Positions 1 to 15,100 of a DNA stretch of 64,000 bases are shown here, one piece after another. The notes under the pieces are model-generated. The model saw only the letters and a program-made list of their open reading frames with translations, made no database searches and was not told the DNA's origin. The position numbers were made by a program, and so were the translations under genes. The DNA is from Paragordius varius. Lineage: Eukaryota > Animalia > Nematomorpha. The stretch spans positions 6,014,001-6,078,000 of the forward strand of contig OZ176052.1 in NCBI GenBank assembly GCA_964247055.1, in the 5' to 3' direction. The first letter of the stretch is position 1. The number at the start of each line of letters is the position of its first letter.

Positions 1-1121
1 ACATCATTTCCGTATCAATGATTCTTTTGAGAGAGAAAAAATTGAAGGTATATATATTTTTTTTAAAGTTTAATTCAAAATATTATACGATAACAAAAAT
101 CGATATTCAAGTGAAATATAGAATAATTTTTACGATGGTCAATACACTCTTATCTTATAACTTTGTGAAGAATCACTATTGGAAAGATAGATATAATTTA
201 TCATTTAAAAGTTTTTAAATTTATACACATATCTCTTATGCAACATTTCATTATATTTGAAACACAATTTATCAAATACAAAGATGATATTAGGCTGTTT
301 GCCATATCAGAGGTCATTTCTAAAGTTGTTGAACCGTAACAGATTTAATACCAAGCCCAAGGTGTAAGCACCACAAGATATATTTTCAGTAAATGCGTAT
401 TTAAGAATAGTTATTTAAGCACTTTTATTAAATTTCGTTGGAACTGGTGTCAATGGTTAAATATTTTTTGGTTTCATTTTTGATAAAAATCTAAAAAACA
501 TATCATAGTAGTTTTGAATTATCTCGGGTTCTTTAATGTATTGTGCCATGTGAAATGGGTATCGTACATCCACATATCGGTTATAATCGCTATTTAATCC
601 TAAAATATGCAATCGATAAAAGTCAAAAAAATGGGAACGGATTTTTTACTCATTACTCGCAAAATTGAATATTTTATGAGTTTAAAATTATTTCATGTGC
701 TGAACCATTATATCTGATGGCTAAATTATACCATAGTTAAGGGGACATAGAATTCGAAATTAAGTATTATCAATCTTCGAAATCCATATACCTTTAAACT
801 TAAATTGTAAAATTAAAGTGAATATCAGAAAATAATTAATTAATTTTACAGATACTAATAGATTATCCACTTTTTCTGTTTTCATATTTTTGTTAAATTT
901 GGATACAAAGTGTTTGTCATGTTGGAAAATTTATAGGATTCAAAATTTTGCGACCTCCAGGTTATCCACCAATTGATACAACTGGTATTATTTTATAATT
1001 AAAATAATAATTTTTAACTTTTGTGGGATCTTACTTTTTTTAATGATTGTATTAAAAGATAGTTAGTTCCAAACTCGGCTCTTCATGACGAGTACCATGT
1101 CTGTTTAATGTTTTTCTACAG

Positions 1122-1395
1122 CAGAGGTGTCCAAATATCACATGCGAAAAATTTGCCACAAATTATCAAAATATGCTCATGAAATCATAATAAAATTTGA
1201 TATTTACAATTTTTTTAAATAAGTCTATCCGATTGGCAAGAACTAGAAAAATTTGCAATATTGTGATAGCATTTTACATTTTTATGCTTGAAATCTAATT
1301 AATTCCTTATGAATGCGCATATATATTTTGAATGCGGCCCTTCAGTTTTTTGTCAAAAATGCACCCCGCGAAGCCATTTGTATTGGACAGCCGTG
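1122..1395. mobile_element. hAT (Charlie/Buster-like) MITE
   Basis: Termini CAGAGGTGTCCAA...TTGGACAGCCGTG; interior similar to the copies at 32638-32932 and 55400-55640. Confidence 0.65.
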
Positions 1396-1559
1396 TTCAA
1401 AACGATTTAGATTTCTGTCATGATCAATATATTGTATTATAAATTTTGTGTCCTGTGATTGAAAAAATCGATTTATAAATCAATTTTGTGATTTGCGATT
1501 TAAATTATTAACTTACATAATATGAGAAAAAAATATATCAGAGAACTGCAGAAGACAAA

Positions 1560-2151
1560 TCTATATATTTATAAAAATGGAAAATGCTGGCTTTGTGATC
1601 TGGTACCGGAAAACCGGTAGACCCATTCAAATCCAAACATCGAAAATATATAATCATTAATGAATGCCCCGACAATAGCTTCGCCCTTTTTTTGAAATAG
1701 GCCCCCAGTTCGGGCCCACCCCGTGTGAAAAACGGGTTTTTGTTGAAAACACAAGTCCACAAAAATTGTGTCTTTGAGACAATTTTCCGGAGAACGTGTT
1801 GGACCATTCAATTTCAAATATAATTTTTGTTTACTTATTTTCGATTGCGCCGAACATAGTCGTCTCGCATTTTTTGATTTAGACCCTCTTTTTACCCGCT
1901 CTCCCCGTAAAATTCCATTTTTTTCATAAAAAATCCACAAAAATAATTTTTTAAATCTATTTTTCCCCCAAGTAAACAATATATTAGTTTGAATGCACCG
2001 TTTTAAAGCTCCTATAAAATCATATTTAAATAATGTGTCGAAATAATCCACATATGTGGATCATTTTATTGTCCCTTATTTCAAATAGCCCCCCCCCCCA
2101 GAAGTCCGAAGGACTTCCTCGGGCTGCGTAGCAGCACGAGATTTACGCTAG
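1560..2151 (+). mobile_element. Non-autonomous Helitron-like element (short form)
   Basis: Starts A|TCTATATATTTATAAAA; ends with GC-rich hairpin CTCGGGCTGC-GTA-GCAGCACGAG then CTAG|T; both ends match the inverted copy at 23348-25695. Confidence 0.8.
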
Positions 2152-2269
2152 TTAGTAATAAAAGGAATTAAGCATGCGCAAATGAATTTTTCCTTATCAG
2201 CTTGATCGGCCCGCCGATAACCCATTAAATATTTACAAACCGCTGGGCTTAAAAATTATCGTTTGCGGG

Positions 2270-3213
2270 CAAAAACACTTGTGAACATTCTCAATTGATT
2301 CACATATGTGGAACATGGTTCAAGTATTAAAAGTGGTGATATCAAGTGAAAGAGTGTGTGCGCTCTAATAAACTGCACAACGGCGAAGACTCTAAAGTGC
2401 AAGAGTATTCAATGATTAATCAATTCAAACTTACGGTTGGGAGAGGTATTACATGTATCAAATAAATAACCAATGAATGTCTAGCAGCAATGGGAAAGAA
2501 CAAAAAACTCAGTAATGGGCCTAATTTAAATTAACAATAAATCGAAAATCGCAAACTTGCGAAATTTTAACGTCACGAAAAAAATCATTTTTGAATCAAA
2601 TTGAGACGGTTGATGAGAAATAACTTTAATTTGTAAATCCAAGCAGAAAAAAGGTGGGTTTCATCTTGTCAAGCCCTTCATCTACAATATGCCCAAATCG
2701 CTTCGGCAATAACCATGCTCTGTATCTTGTATGACCATAGTCATGTTAAGTATTATAAACTTTTGAGGTCCCGATATTGTTAATGCAAAACACTATAATA
2801 TAACTAATTAAAACCATGCATTAATTAAAAATCAAGCGGAATGAACTAAACATGGCAAAGCGATTTTGATACATGACAATGCTTCATCTCTTACACCAAA
2901 ACTTGTGAAATACATCTTAAAATTGCTTCAATGGGAATTTTAATCCGCTTTACTCTCTTGTGCTGATGCCGTCTGACTAATGCAACTTCGTTAATGGGAC
3001 ACATCCTATGAGCAAAACTTCAAGAAGTTTGAATGGCTTAGAGAATGGTTTGCCGCAAAAGTCAATGAATTTTTCTGGTCCGGCATATATATATGAGCAG
3101 AGGAAATTGCGTAGAAGCCGATGTCCAATATTAGAAATATATAAATAATTGATTTGCTTTCAAAATTACATGTGTTTTTACCAAAAAGCTAACTTATGAA
3201 TACCCCTGGTATG
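2270..3213 (+). mobile_element. Decayed mariner (Mos1-like) transposase remnant
   Basis: Frameshifted translation gives PNRFG..TMLC, ILIHDNAS, LREWFAAK and KCVEAD, collinear with mariner DD34D transposases; many stops. Confidence 0.8.
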
Positions 3214-5454
3214 CGTCTTTATCATCAACTATATTCAAAAAAATCAACATCCCAAATATGAAAGGTACTCTTAAATTTGACACAATAATATATATTATAT
3301 AATACAGCCACTGAACCAATATTTGTGAAGAAAAATATATCAGTATTCTCATCGTATGTTTTGGGGCTTATGATTCTTATAAGAAAGTTTTTCCTGTTTA
3401 TGATGATTGTTCCATTTCGGAATTAAAAAAATTGCTAAATTATGCTGCAATAATATTTTCGGTTGAAGCCAAAGGTTTCGAGCCAAAATACACTAACGAG
3501 CACTATTTATCCATATCTATTTAAATAGTAAGATTTTGTCAGTTGTGTATGAGATTTTTCATTCAATTTGTTACATATTTGACACCTAATAACCTTTTGG
3601 GGTAGTTTCATAATCCATGGCCATTTAAAATTTAATTTTAACATTAAGCTAAATTCAAAAGTATGTTTTCTCTTTGGTCTTTTAGGCGCATGATACAAAA
3701 AATATTTTTTTAAAAAATGTAAAATTGTAAAAAAATCCTCATCTCCAACTTTTTCGCCTCTATGTTTTATTATTTTTTTAATCGCTAATGCTATGGTTAA
3801 AAATATAATTAAATAATTTTGAATTCAGATTATTACCGCGAATTTTTTGATATATTAATTTAATACAGTTGCTAGCTTCTTCCACGTTTTTAATCTATCC
3901 GAATTCGGGGCTATGGGAGTTAAAAGACTTTAAAAATGATAAGTTTATCTAATAGATAAAAAAACAACTTTCAAAACGTAGTTTTGGGCACTGCCTAAAA
4001 CGCCATCGCTTACCAAAAAATAAAAATGTAATGAAGTGTTGATTGAACATTATTTAGTTTTTAAAAATGTATCCTGACGAGATATATATATTCTTATAGA
4101 ATGTATCTCTCTTTGAGCTTTTAGTTTTGGCCCTTAATAGTGTTTAAAATAATTTTTTACGATTGCTAAGTGTTACATATCAGAAAATGGCAAAATTTAG
4201 CATTTAAAATTTTTTTCATTGAATCTTGGCATGCATTTATTTAAAGAGAGCTAGCCTAGATAGGGCGAAAAACTTGGGGCGTTCGAAGCCCACATCTAAA
4301 AATTAAGATTTTTTAATAATATTGTTTTGTTTTTAAATGCAGTTTATGATATATTTTTTGGCATGTAGCATTTAGCTTTCATCAAAATGAATTTATGTAA
4401 CAAAGTGCGCAAATTATGCCATTTTATGATATGGTGAACTTACCACAAAATTGTAAATAATTTTATCACTCCACCATGAAAATCTTAATTCATTTTCCTA
4501 TCAAATATTTTTGATCAGGACACTGTGTATATAATCATTTTGCAGTGTGCTAGAAATGGTATCAAAATAATGTTTCTTTTTAATATAATGAGTGAATAAA
4601 TGAATTAACCTTTTTGATTACAAATTCGTTTGCCCTTATATTTAATGTATCAAATACAATTAATACTTAATTTTAATAAGGGAGGCAAAGATCATTTAGG
4701 GGATATTTATAGAAAAGCGCTATCAATTATGTAACAAATTGATATTTAAGCCTGTTTCAGTCTTACTTAAGATCCTAAAACGTTTAATACGTTTATACCC
4801 AAAATTTTCGGAATGATACCCGTTTATTCCTAAAAAATAATCTACACAATGTTAATTTTTACATTTAGGGAAATGTTTAATTTGTATAAATTATTAATGA
4901 TTTTATTATATTTAGGATTTAGCACATTTTTGCGAAATTTCATGTTTCCAAACGAAAGAGTGCCAATTTATACTTTTTATGTAAATGATAATCAGCAAAA
5001 TATAGCAGCATCGTTTTAAATATTGTTAAGTTAAGTTTGTTGCTTTTAGTCATGCATCTATTATATAATAAAAATAATTAGATTTATGAACTGACAATAA
5101 TAATAAGAAAACATTTAACAAGTTTGCGTTACCTTTTGCAATTTTTTGGTACATGAATTGTATTATATAGATAATTTTTGGCCTCTTTGTCTTTCTGTAA
5201 GAAATACATTTTTATGTTAAAATAACCATATTTGTATAATAACTCTTTTGTGTATATACAATTAATCCAAACATTCACCTGTATTTTTTGTAGCGTTTTG
5301 TGTAGAGAGTTCATGTATTAAAACTTTAAATTAAAAAATTTACAAACAAAAATAGGATTTCATAAATAGTGGATTAAATCTAACATACATATTTAATTCC
5401 TATTGTTATCCATACTATAATATCTTTTGCAAATCTTTTTCATGCATTTTTAGA

Positions 5455-8420
5455 GATATTACAGAGACAAAGTTTTATGTTACAATCGAATAGTCTATTC
5501 CATAATAACGCGATGTTTTCAAATTGCACCCCATTTACATTTGATAATAAACGACAATCATCACTTAAGCAATAGCAGCGATACAGATAATATTGAAAAC
5601 TTTTATTCACCTGCAGAAAATATCATCAATGATATGTCCAAACAATATGAACTTCCTCTTGCCTCTTGTGATACATCTTCATACATTTCAAATCATGTTA
5701 AAGCAATAAAATTTAATGTTGATGATGATAACAATAATATTTTTGTTAAAAGTGACGATGCCTTAGTTTCTACTCTTCTCCTCACTTCAAAAGAAAATGA
5801 TACCAAAAAGGCGTTTTTATTGAAAAATGCATTAAATCATGATGATATATATGAAAATCACATCACCGAAATCGATAATAAATGTGATAATAATATTGAT
5901 ATTAAAGAGTCAATAGCATTGCCTAATTCAATCAAGTGTGACGACACAAATACTCCTTATCCACTTTGCGCAAATGAAATTTTATTACCTCGTAGTGATT
6001 TTGTTGATAAAGAAGTTGATATAAATGTCAATAACCAACTAGACTTAACTTATCGTCAAGATATAAATCCTGAGACAAGTGATATAGCTGAATCCATTAT
6101 TGATATATCGAATAATTCCGAAACTCAAACCGCATCCCCTAACTTAAAAACAACAAATGAAATTAGCCCTTCAAAAACTTTAACAGCAGCAAATGATAGC
6201 GGCAATTACGAAAACTCAGCTCCAACAATCAATGTGTTATCTCAGGCCATAGATATTGATCTACGTTGGCAACAAATTTGTGAATTCTATCTTGGCATCA
6301 AAGAATTGTGTGGGGTAAATATTTGTTATTTATTTCATTATTTTCTGATATATAATCATATGAATAAAAATTAGGATTTTTATAACGGAAGTAATAACAA
6401 CATCTAATATATTTTCTAACCCCTTTTTGGTAAAATAGTAGTGGCTTTGTATATAATTTTTCTTATCTTTTTTATTGTCTTGTTTTAGAGTTTTTAACAT
6501 TTTTGTCTGTCTATGTCAATTACATAACATGCCCTTATTTAGAAAATTACCTTTATTATTTTATGACTGGTAGCTGTGTATGAAAACTATTCTCTTTAAT
6601 ATATTTTTTATTTGTATTTCATTTTTGGATACTTCTTTTTTCTACCAACTATAATGGTAAAATTAAATAAAGTTAAATACAGCTTTTTGACCTAAATTGA
6701 CTTTGCTTATACCTATTAAAGTATATATTTTTCATTAGGGTTTGGCTTTATTAATACTATTACACTAATGGCATATTTACCTGTAATAAATAGAATAATT
6801 TATTTCATGGATAGTACTTTATTTTGGTATGACACAAATGTAATATAATAACATATAATTTTTTGTATTGATTTTTTATCCCTCTCTACTTATAAATTTG
6901 TTTTATTTGGATATTTATATAATTATTAGCCATTGTATATATACTATCTTTGTTTTTTGTAAAATTATTCATAAATAAATATACATTTGCAAGTTTAGAA
7001 ATTAAATTTAATTCTTAAATTCTTATTTATATTTCCTGCATACTAATTACAACCTTAAAATTGTTTCTCGGCGCCGCCATATTCTATCTTTTGGTATGTA
7101 CTTTTATTTATCTATTAGATAAAAAAGTTTGGTAGCTAGCCAAAGAAAAATAAATTGATTTTTATATTTGATCGGATTAATTGAAAATTTATAAATATGC
7201 ATATTTATTCACACTTTTTTCATTTAATTAATATCATTATAATTTATATGAAGGAATGCGAATGTGTTGACATTAATAAGCTTAAATTTTTTATAAAAAA
7301 GCTTTCGATAAGAAAAAATTGAATTAATTAATATATTATTGTTTGTTTTTCCATTTTTTTCATAGGTAGTTGTACCTTTTTCCAAATTATATTTGTATAT
7401 AACATGCGATCAGTATTGAAATAAAAAATCGTTCATTTGATGAATATGTTAACATATAGTATTTTATTCAAAATAACCACATCTTTAATTTTATACTCTT
7501 TTTTTTCACATGTATGCAGCTATCTATTTTTTATTGGCATTAAATAATTCATCAGGCATTACAAGTTAGTTAAAATTTTATATTTTATTGTATTTGAATT
7601 TTAAATTAACCCACTTATAAAGAGGTTTTCTTATCATTTTTATAAATTTAATTATACACTGATAGGATCTCTGCCAACATAACTTTCTATCAATATATAA
7701 TCGGCAATTTTTTTGATTTTTTTAATTTTAAATTATTACATTGTTTGAGTAAAAAAAATTTGCTGTAAGATTGGCGGGCATTAACCTTTTAATGACAAAT
7801 TCATGATGCCTCATTTAAATTTGAATTTTATGGTTATTGTCTTCAAAAAAATGCTTTTTTGTTTAAATTAACATTTATTCTTTTTAAATCACATTTCTTG
7901 TCACGATATATCTCTTTCTTCTCCCCTGTCAAATTTATATTTGACAATTTATACTACCTATTCCGTTTTACAATTTTCTACTTAAGAACAAATAAAAATT
8001 ATTCAAATACATGCACGCGCCTTATTAAAAAGTATTTTTTTATATAAATCATCAATATTTTATGTTAAGGCATGACATCAAATATGAAAAATTGATTATA
8101 AATACAGGTAACTGGTTAATATCATTCTATTTTTTCTCGAAAACATCATTTAACTCATATTCATTGTTATGGCTTTTCATAATTGTATTTCGCATTTCTT
8201 TTGCACAATAAAAATAATTAAATGTTTTTCTGAATATTACATTCGCAATTTTTATATAAAAAGTTATTTTGAAAATAAAAAGCAATCATTAAATATTTGA
8301 ATAAACGGTAATCAAATTTGTTATGCAAAATGAACCTTTATGTGTTAAAAATTTGTTTACAGAGTATTTTTGATATTGCTATATAATATTCTAAGCATAT
8401 AATACATGCATTATTAATCC
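5455..8420 (+). CDS. Probable multi-exon gene: long Asn/Asp-rich exon followed by small hydrophobic (multi-pass membrane) exons; product unidentified
   Basis: Open exon ~5455-6315 ending at GT (ORF 5541-6374); downstream AG/GT-bounded hydrophobic segments (e.g. LKLFLGAAIFYLL, GNWLISFYFFSK); splice phases not fully reconcilable and boundaries uncertain. Confidence 0.45.
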
Positions 8421-9109
8421 GAACAAAAATTATTTTAAATTCCTATTTTGCCAATCATAAAATAAAGGTATAGTAATTGAAACTTTGTGATTTTTCTATA
8501 TTCTTATTAACAAACCGTTTGTACATTTTTATTCTATTCATATAAAAAATAATTTAACCGAGGAATAATTTAATTTTGAATTGATTACATCTAATGCTTA
8601 AATAATAATAATTATAATAATAATGTAGGCAAAAAAAGAAAAGTATCAAATGTCAACATAAATTCGTTTGTTCCGCTTTTTAAGTTATATAATAGTTTTT
8701 TACCTCATTATCATTCAATCAAAATTGTGAGTGAAGAAATTTTATAATACTATATGCTTGTAGCAAAATTTAAGTTTATAACTGAAACTTTGGTATATAT
8801 TTTTGTGTAAAGGAAAAATCTACCAATGTTAAAAAATATAATAGTTAAATTATTGTATATTGAACTAGACAAAAAAGCATCTTTTAAGTTAATTTTAACC
8901 GCATTTTTTTGTTATCTCTTTGAATATTTCTCATATATAAAAGATAAAAACATTTTCCGTAATCCAATTTATTTATTTTTAAGTGCTTGTGCATTCTTAA
9001 AACAATTTATTTTTTTTCCATGGATTATGAAATCAAACTAATTTAATTCTATTGTCTTTATACATAACTTCAAATATAACCCACTTAAGACTTCTTATAT
9101 ATTTAGGCA

Positions 9110-12100
9110 CCGCGTCTGGCTTTGAAGATTATATTATGTCATGTAAAATTTTACAAAACGTCGATCTATCACATATTTTTACACGCTAACCAAATTACTA
9201 ACACTTAATTAATGTCCTTGATATTCATATTTTTATTTTTGCAAATAAATTATACAAATTATTGTTTAAACCTATAGTTATTGTTGGTGTCGGATATTGA
9301 TTATTTTTTGTGTGTTGATTACAAAATAATTTATAATTTTCCTCAAATTTATTGATTTTCTCACCTAGACAGTTCAAGGTTAGATAATTTACTAAAAATC
9401 TAAGTTCAAGTTTTATCCAACTGTTATAATTTATGATAATAATATGCCAATTTTATTAATCCAAATGTTTTTCTAGTTTACCAAACACCAATTATATCAT
9501 AATGATCCTGATGGTCTTGTAAAACAATCCAAACCGCTTTATTTTGAATACAATAATTCTGAGATTAGTGATGAAGATATAATTCCGTTCCGCGCTTTTG
9601 AATATAAAAAAATTGAAGAAATTGACTCTTCTCCTGCATACCACAGTAAAAGTTGTAGCCATTTGGAACGTTTGAAATTTGTTGCTTATGTCTCTCAACA
9701 ACAACGAAATAATTTGGCTAGTAACAATTCATTCCCTACCATAGATGATATCATCACTCATCATACTACAACATCTCACAATCAAAAAAATCAATCAACA
9801 AACTCTATAACAGATTGTACCAAAGCAACCATTCATCGTCGTAATAAATCTTTACCTTGCATAATTTTGCCAACCATGTCAGATATTTCATCAACTGAAC
9901 AAGAATATAATTTAAAAGCCCGTGTCTCCTCACCTCACAGACCCCAAACCATTGCTGGTGGTAATAAATGTGATAGCAATGAATGTTTATCAGATATAGT
10001 AACAACCACAAGTACAACTATCACACGTCACATTTATAAGACGTACACGACTAATTCAAAGCCATCTCCTCCTCTAAACAAAAATCATCAGTTTACAGAT
10101 AATTATTATTTGGTACAACAACCGTTTAGGTATTACCCTTCGTCATCTTACACATCACCGCTGGTGCCATTGGAAAATTATGAATATTATAAGCGACAAA
10201 AATATAGTAGCACACCATACGATGCACGCTTAAATAATGAATTTAGGCGAGCGTTTGATTCCTCTAACACCCCTAAAAGGGATTATATGCGTAATATTTC
10301 GCTAGGTGTGTCAGACAAACATCCAAATTATACGATGGAAATTTTGCCCCTTCACATCCCATCTTACAATTCTTTGACATATAGAACGGGCCGAAATTAT
10401 ATAACTGAGCCACAATTTCTTGAACACAGTTCTATGACACGCATTGAAGAACACATTACCGAAGAAGCCCTTTCCACGTGTCAAAAGCCAAAGATGGGCG
10501 GAAAAAATGGTAAATTTTTTTCCACATATGCTTTTTTATGCAAATATTTTTCTAAAAATATAGTTATATAATACTTAATCCTTTGGTATAGATGTAAAGA
10601 ATACAGCCCATGTAAATGTTAACGAACCTTATCAACAAAACACAAACTTTCATGACAAAAGTTCTTTTAAACGGCACTTGTCACGTTCCGATGATTGTTT
10701 GCATTTATCTCAGCCTCACAAAATTGGTCAACACATACATCAACCCTATGGCCAGGTTTGCAGACCAACATTAGCTGCGTCAAAAGTCAGTTCTCCACCC
10801 AAAAAAATATTAAAACACAATAATGATAAATTTAATCTTGATACATATTACTGCCCTGCCGGTCCGATTCGTGCCAATACTGCTGACATTATAACTCCCA
10901 GGTCTGGGAAAAAGTCGGATATTTTCAACGTTTCTAACAACAACAACACCAAAAATTCCAATAGAATGATGGGATTAAATCAATCCCATCACATTGCTCC
11001 CCACAATCGGGGTGATTATGGTAAAACATCATTGGTGTCGCAATCTACCTCACATTTCATAACGAACCATAATGATAAATGGTATGATCCAAGCCTCCTT
11101 ACCACCATAAATGGACATCATAAAAGTAAATCGGCAGCTCAAATGAAACACCCCTTCTTATCTGCCACTCATATACAGCCACAAAATCAATCTAATTTGA
11201 ATCGTAAACCATTGCAAACGCTATCTAATTTTGGGTTAGCGACCAATATGATAACTCCCAAATCTAATAAAGTAAATAATAACAGCCTTAAAAGTGTCAG
11301 AAATAATGCACACTCAGTAACACATAAGCATAGTGGTTCGCTTGATAATGACTCATTTGATGTGGTAGATAGCCATGATTATGACAATTCATTGGGTATT
11401 TTTTATGTTCTGAGATAGCGATATTTTTTAATCATAAAAATTATTATTCGATTATTTTTAAACGCTTTCATTTAAATTTGGCCCCTAAACCCTAAAAAAT
11501 CATTAAATTTTTTAGGTAACTCAATTTCTTTGTCATCATCTCTTGAAGAAAATGACTTGGGTAATAAAATTACCAAATATAAGAAACCTGTTGACACTTG
11601 TTTTAAAAACATGCAAAAATCTCTGGACCTTAATGAGAGTCATGAAACGTTGGAGCTAGACGATAAAATCAATTTATTAACGCGCGAAGATTCTGGTCGT
11701 TTGTCACAAGCTACATCATTTTGGGACCCATACTTAGTATATATTATATTTCATCACACACAACATTTTTTTTATTTTTTTGGATTTAAATCAAAAATTT
11801 ATAAAAAACAAAGTTGAAGAAATTTATAATTTATAGCTTCATATACTATCAGGGATAGAATTGGGACTTTTATTTTATTGTTAAAAAGATGAATTGGTAA
11901 CAAGAAAACATATATATTGCTTAAACTACACAGTTTATATTTTGATGGAAATGTTTTATATTCTAGTTAAATTATTTATTTTCTAATTTAATTGTTTAAT
12001 CATATATTTACAAATAGTTCCCTGAGTACACCAACGAAGAAGATTGGAATGAATTAATGAACCAAAGACATAATTATTATCCTACTACTGCATCGAATCG

Positions 12101-15100
12101 CCATGATTTTCAATTCAGAGATGAACCTGCTGATGAGTTAGAGTTGAATGAATGCCTTGAACGTTGCTTGGAAAGTAGTCTTTCCAACAAGCTATCCAAA
12201 AAACATCAAGGTATGTTTGATAACAGTCAAGAAGATATAACCTATTTTGGTCAGGAACCGCTTTTGCCCTCAAACGATGGCAGGATACAGTTTACGAGTG
12301 CTAGGGATCGCCTCGTCAAAAATTTTATCTACGCTTTTTGCGATCGCATAAAGGTCAGTCAGTGATGGTTAATAATTTCGGAATAATATTATTAAATAAT
12401 TTTAAATTCATGCACTATATTTCGCTTTAAAATGTCTTATTAGAACAAAACACACAGTCAAAAATCTTCATCCAATGAAACAGACTCTGGTCTTATTTCC
12501 GGAGACTGGGACACAGATATTGAGGAATTGAAATCTCTGCTCATTATATCCAAAACTGATTATAAGCGGGCTTGGCAAGCGTTCGGTAAACTTTCCAGTA
12601 ATACCATACCTGTTTACACTAAACTTGATGACAGTTTTGTATCATTCGGGGATGAAGAGGAATATTTAAATCCTATGACTGGAGAAAGTGATGGTAAAGA
12701 TGAAAAAGAAGTTAATGGTCATATCTCTCGCAAAAAGGGTACATATGTTAACAAAGCCAGAAAACAAGATATGGTAAAAATTTATTTGCGTTTAAGAAAA
12801 TATTGTATGTAAATTAAATTTTTTGACCATTTTGGTAATTAGTGTAACTTATTTTTTTATAGGTGTTTATTCATGGATGATATTTTTGAAATCTTTACTC
12901 ATAGACATTTATATTTTATTCATTTATACCATTTTTTAATATGAAAATCATTACATATAATTTAATCACTTAGGAGTTATTAGCCTCCATATGCCATACA
13001 TACATATATTTCCTGGAAACGGTAAAAAACAATATACTTACCAATCAATCTGGCGACGATGAATATGGTAATGAAGAAAATAATGCGCAACTTAAAAAAC
13101 ACCAAATAACCCTTGATAATAATGAAAACTATATTAATACGGAAACGATTGCGGGACAAAAAAGTACAGTACCTCAGCCCCTGATATCAAAGTTGAGTCG
13201 GGTTGACAAAAATTTAACGTACCTTTTGTTGGATAAATGGAAACAGTTACAGTATAAATTAACGCTCTTGTTTGAATCCTTGAACATACCGTTCCCTGAA
13301 CCAGAGAGCTATGATGTAATCGCCAATTTTAACATTGGATCCGGGAGTCGTATTACTTTTAATCAAAACATTTTAACAAATTCTTTGTTGTTACAAAACA
13401 ATCAATCTAAAAGGGGAGATGATAGGGTTCAAAAGATATTAAACCGTACCAAAGCAAATTTTAATAAAGGCGACGAATTTGATGTTATGGTAATTATTTT
13501 ATTATTAATATGCTTTCTTTTAGGCGCATTATACGCAACAATTTTTAACGATGTAAATTGTAAAAAAATCCTCATCTCAAATTTGCCGTCATTTTTTTGT
13601 ATATACCATTTGCACTTCAAGTGTATCCTTGAACACTTCAAGTTGGTCCCTGAACATTTTCTTAAACAATTCAAGTTGGTCCTTGTGATCCTTAAAATGT
13701 TTAAAATTTGATCCAACCATAATTTTTAAATTTTTTTATTTTATTATTTTTTAATCTAATTTCCTTTATTTATTATATTTTTATTCATTTAAAAATAATA
13801 ATTTTTATTCAAAAACCAATTTTTTGTTTCAAAATAATTTTTTTCCAATTTAACAAAATTGTTAACTTTTATATGTTTTCACTGAAAATTTGTAAATATA
13901 ACCCAGTTTTGATTACATGTTAAAACCTTAGAAATATCCAAAATAATTTTAAGTTATTAATAAAGATATACGGTTTTAGAATGATTAAAAGTTAATATTG
14001 ATATAAAATTTATGATAAATAATAGAAAATAGGTTTAAAACGATAAAATAGATGGATATACGATTTGATTAATAAAATTTATAAACAAAACAAAAAAAGA
14101 ACCAACTCTAAGTGTTTAAGGACCAACTTGAACTGTTCAAGGACCAACTTGAACTGTTCAAGGACCAACTTGAAATGTTCAAGGACCATCTTGAAGTATT
14201 CAAGGACATTCTTGAAGTGCAAATGATATTTAAATTTTTTACAATTACTAATGCAGCAAGCAAATGTGTATTGTGGTTAAAAAATGTAATTAATTAACTT
14301 TAAAATGATTTTAGGCTATATCTTAAAAACAAAAACTCTATATATTTTGATTTTTCGAATGTTCGTTTCAATCGTGTCATTAAGCTGTACCAATTTCAAT
14401 CCCTAGAAGTTACAAAAATGTAAGTTTTTTTATCTGGTACATGCGATCAATGTTTGATAATAATTTAATAAAAACTTTCCAAACTGTAGTTTATTTATAA
14501 AATTAAGCGCTGGGATTTTAAATTACCCCAAAAGGTGAGAAGGTAATGAAGTGTTAAACATGTTTTTATATATATGATATTTAATTATGGGATAATAAAA
14601 AGTATTTGCAACATATGAAAGCACCAATTTATTTTATTGTTTTCTAATTTCTTTATTATTGGTGATTAGGTTTGGAGACAAAATTTGATAAAAGAGTTAC
14701 GTTCTAGATTAACCAACCACCATCTCAATTCTTCCAGCAAGGACATGATAGAAAATAGGTACAAATTTGGTTTTACATTTGTTTGATAGTATACCAAGAT
14801 ATATATATATATATATGTATATATGTTGTAAATATTAATCAGTATACCAAGTATCATGTCAAAACAACATAATCGGGCCACAATATCTTTAAAACGGTAT
14901 TTACATATAATTCAAAGAAGTTTTAAAATGCTAAATTTACTTTTTGGTTTTACATGTTATTTTATGCCGGGTGCCTATAAAACTATATTTCTATTGATAT
15001 ACATTTCCAGGGTCGACCAATTCACCAATCTTTGGACGCCACAAAATTTTAGAAGATACTTTTTGTTATCGCTTATCACCCTTGGTTTTCTTTGGTTACT

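Noticed and set aside
230-610. Possible minus-strand exons (DYNRYVDVRYPF..., ENISCGAYTLGL-EMTSDMANSL with a 32-nt intron)
   Set aside because: Could be a real gene fragment, but no consistent splice model or family match could be made
1538-2051. ORFs 1538-1807 and 1569-2051 (also 23915-24226)
   Set aside because: They lie within non-autonomous Helitron sequence and show no Rep/helicase motifs
14112-14297. ORF with FKDQLEL repeats, or a CRISPR-like array
   Set aside because: It is the 21-nt tandem repeat of a MITE arm; there are no spacers and the context is eukaryotic
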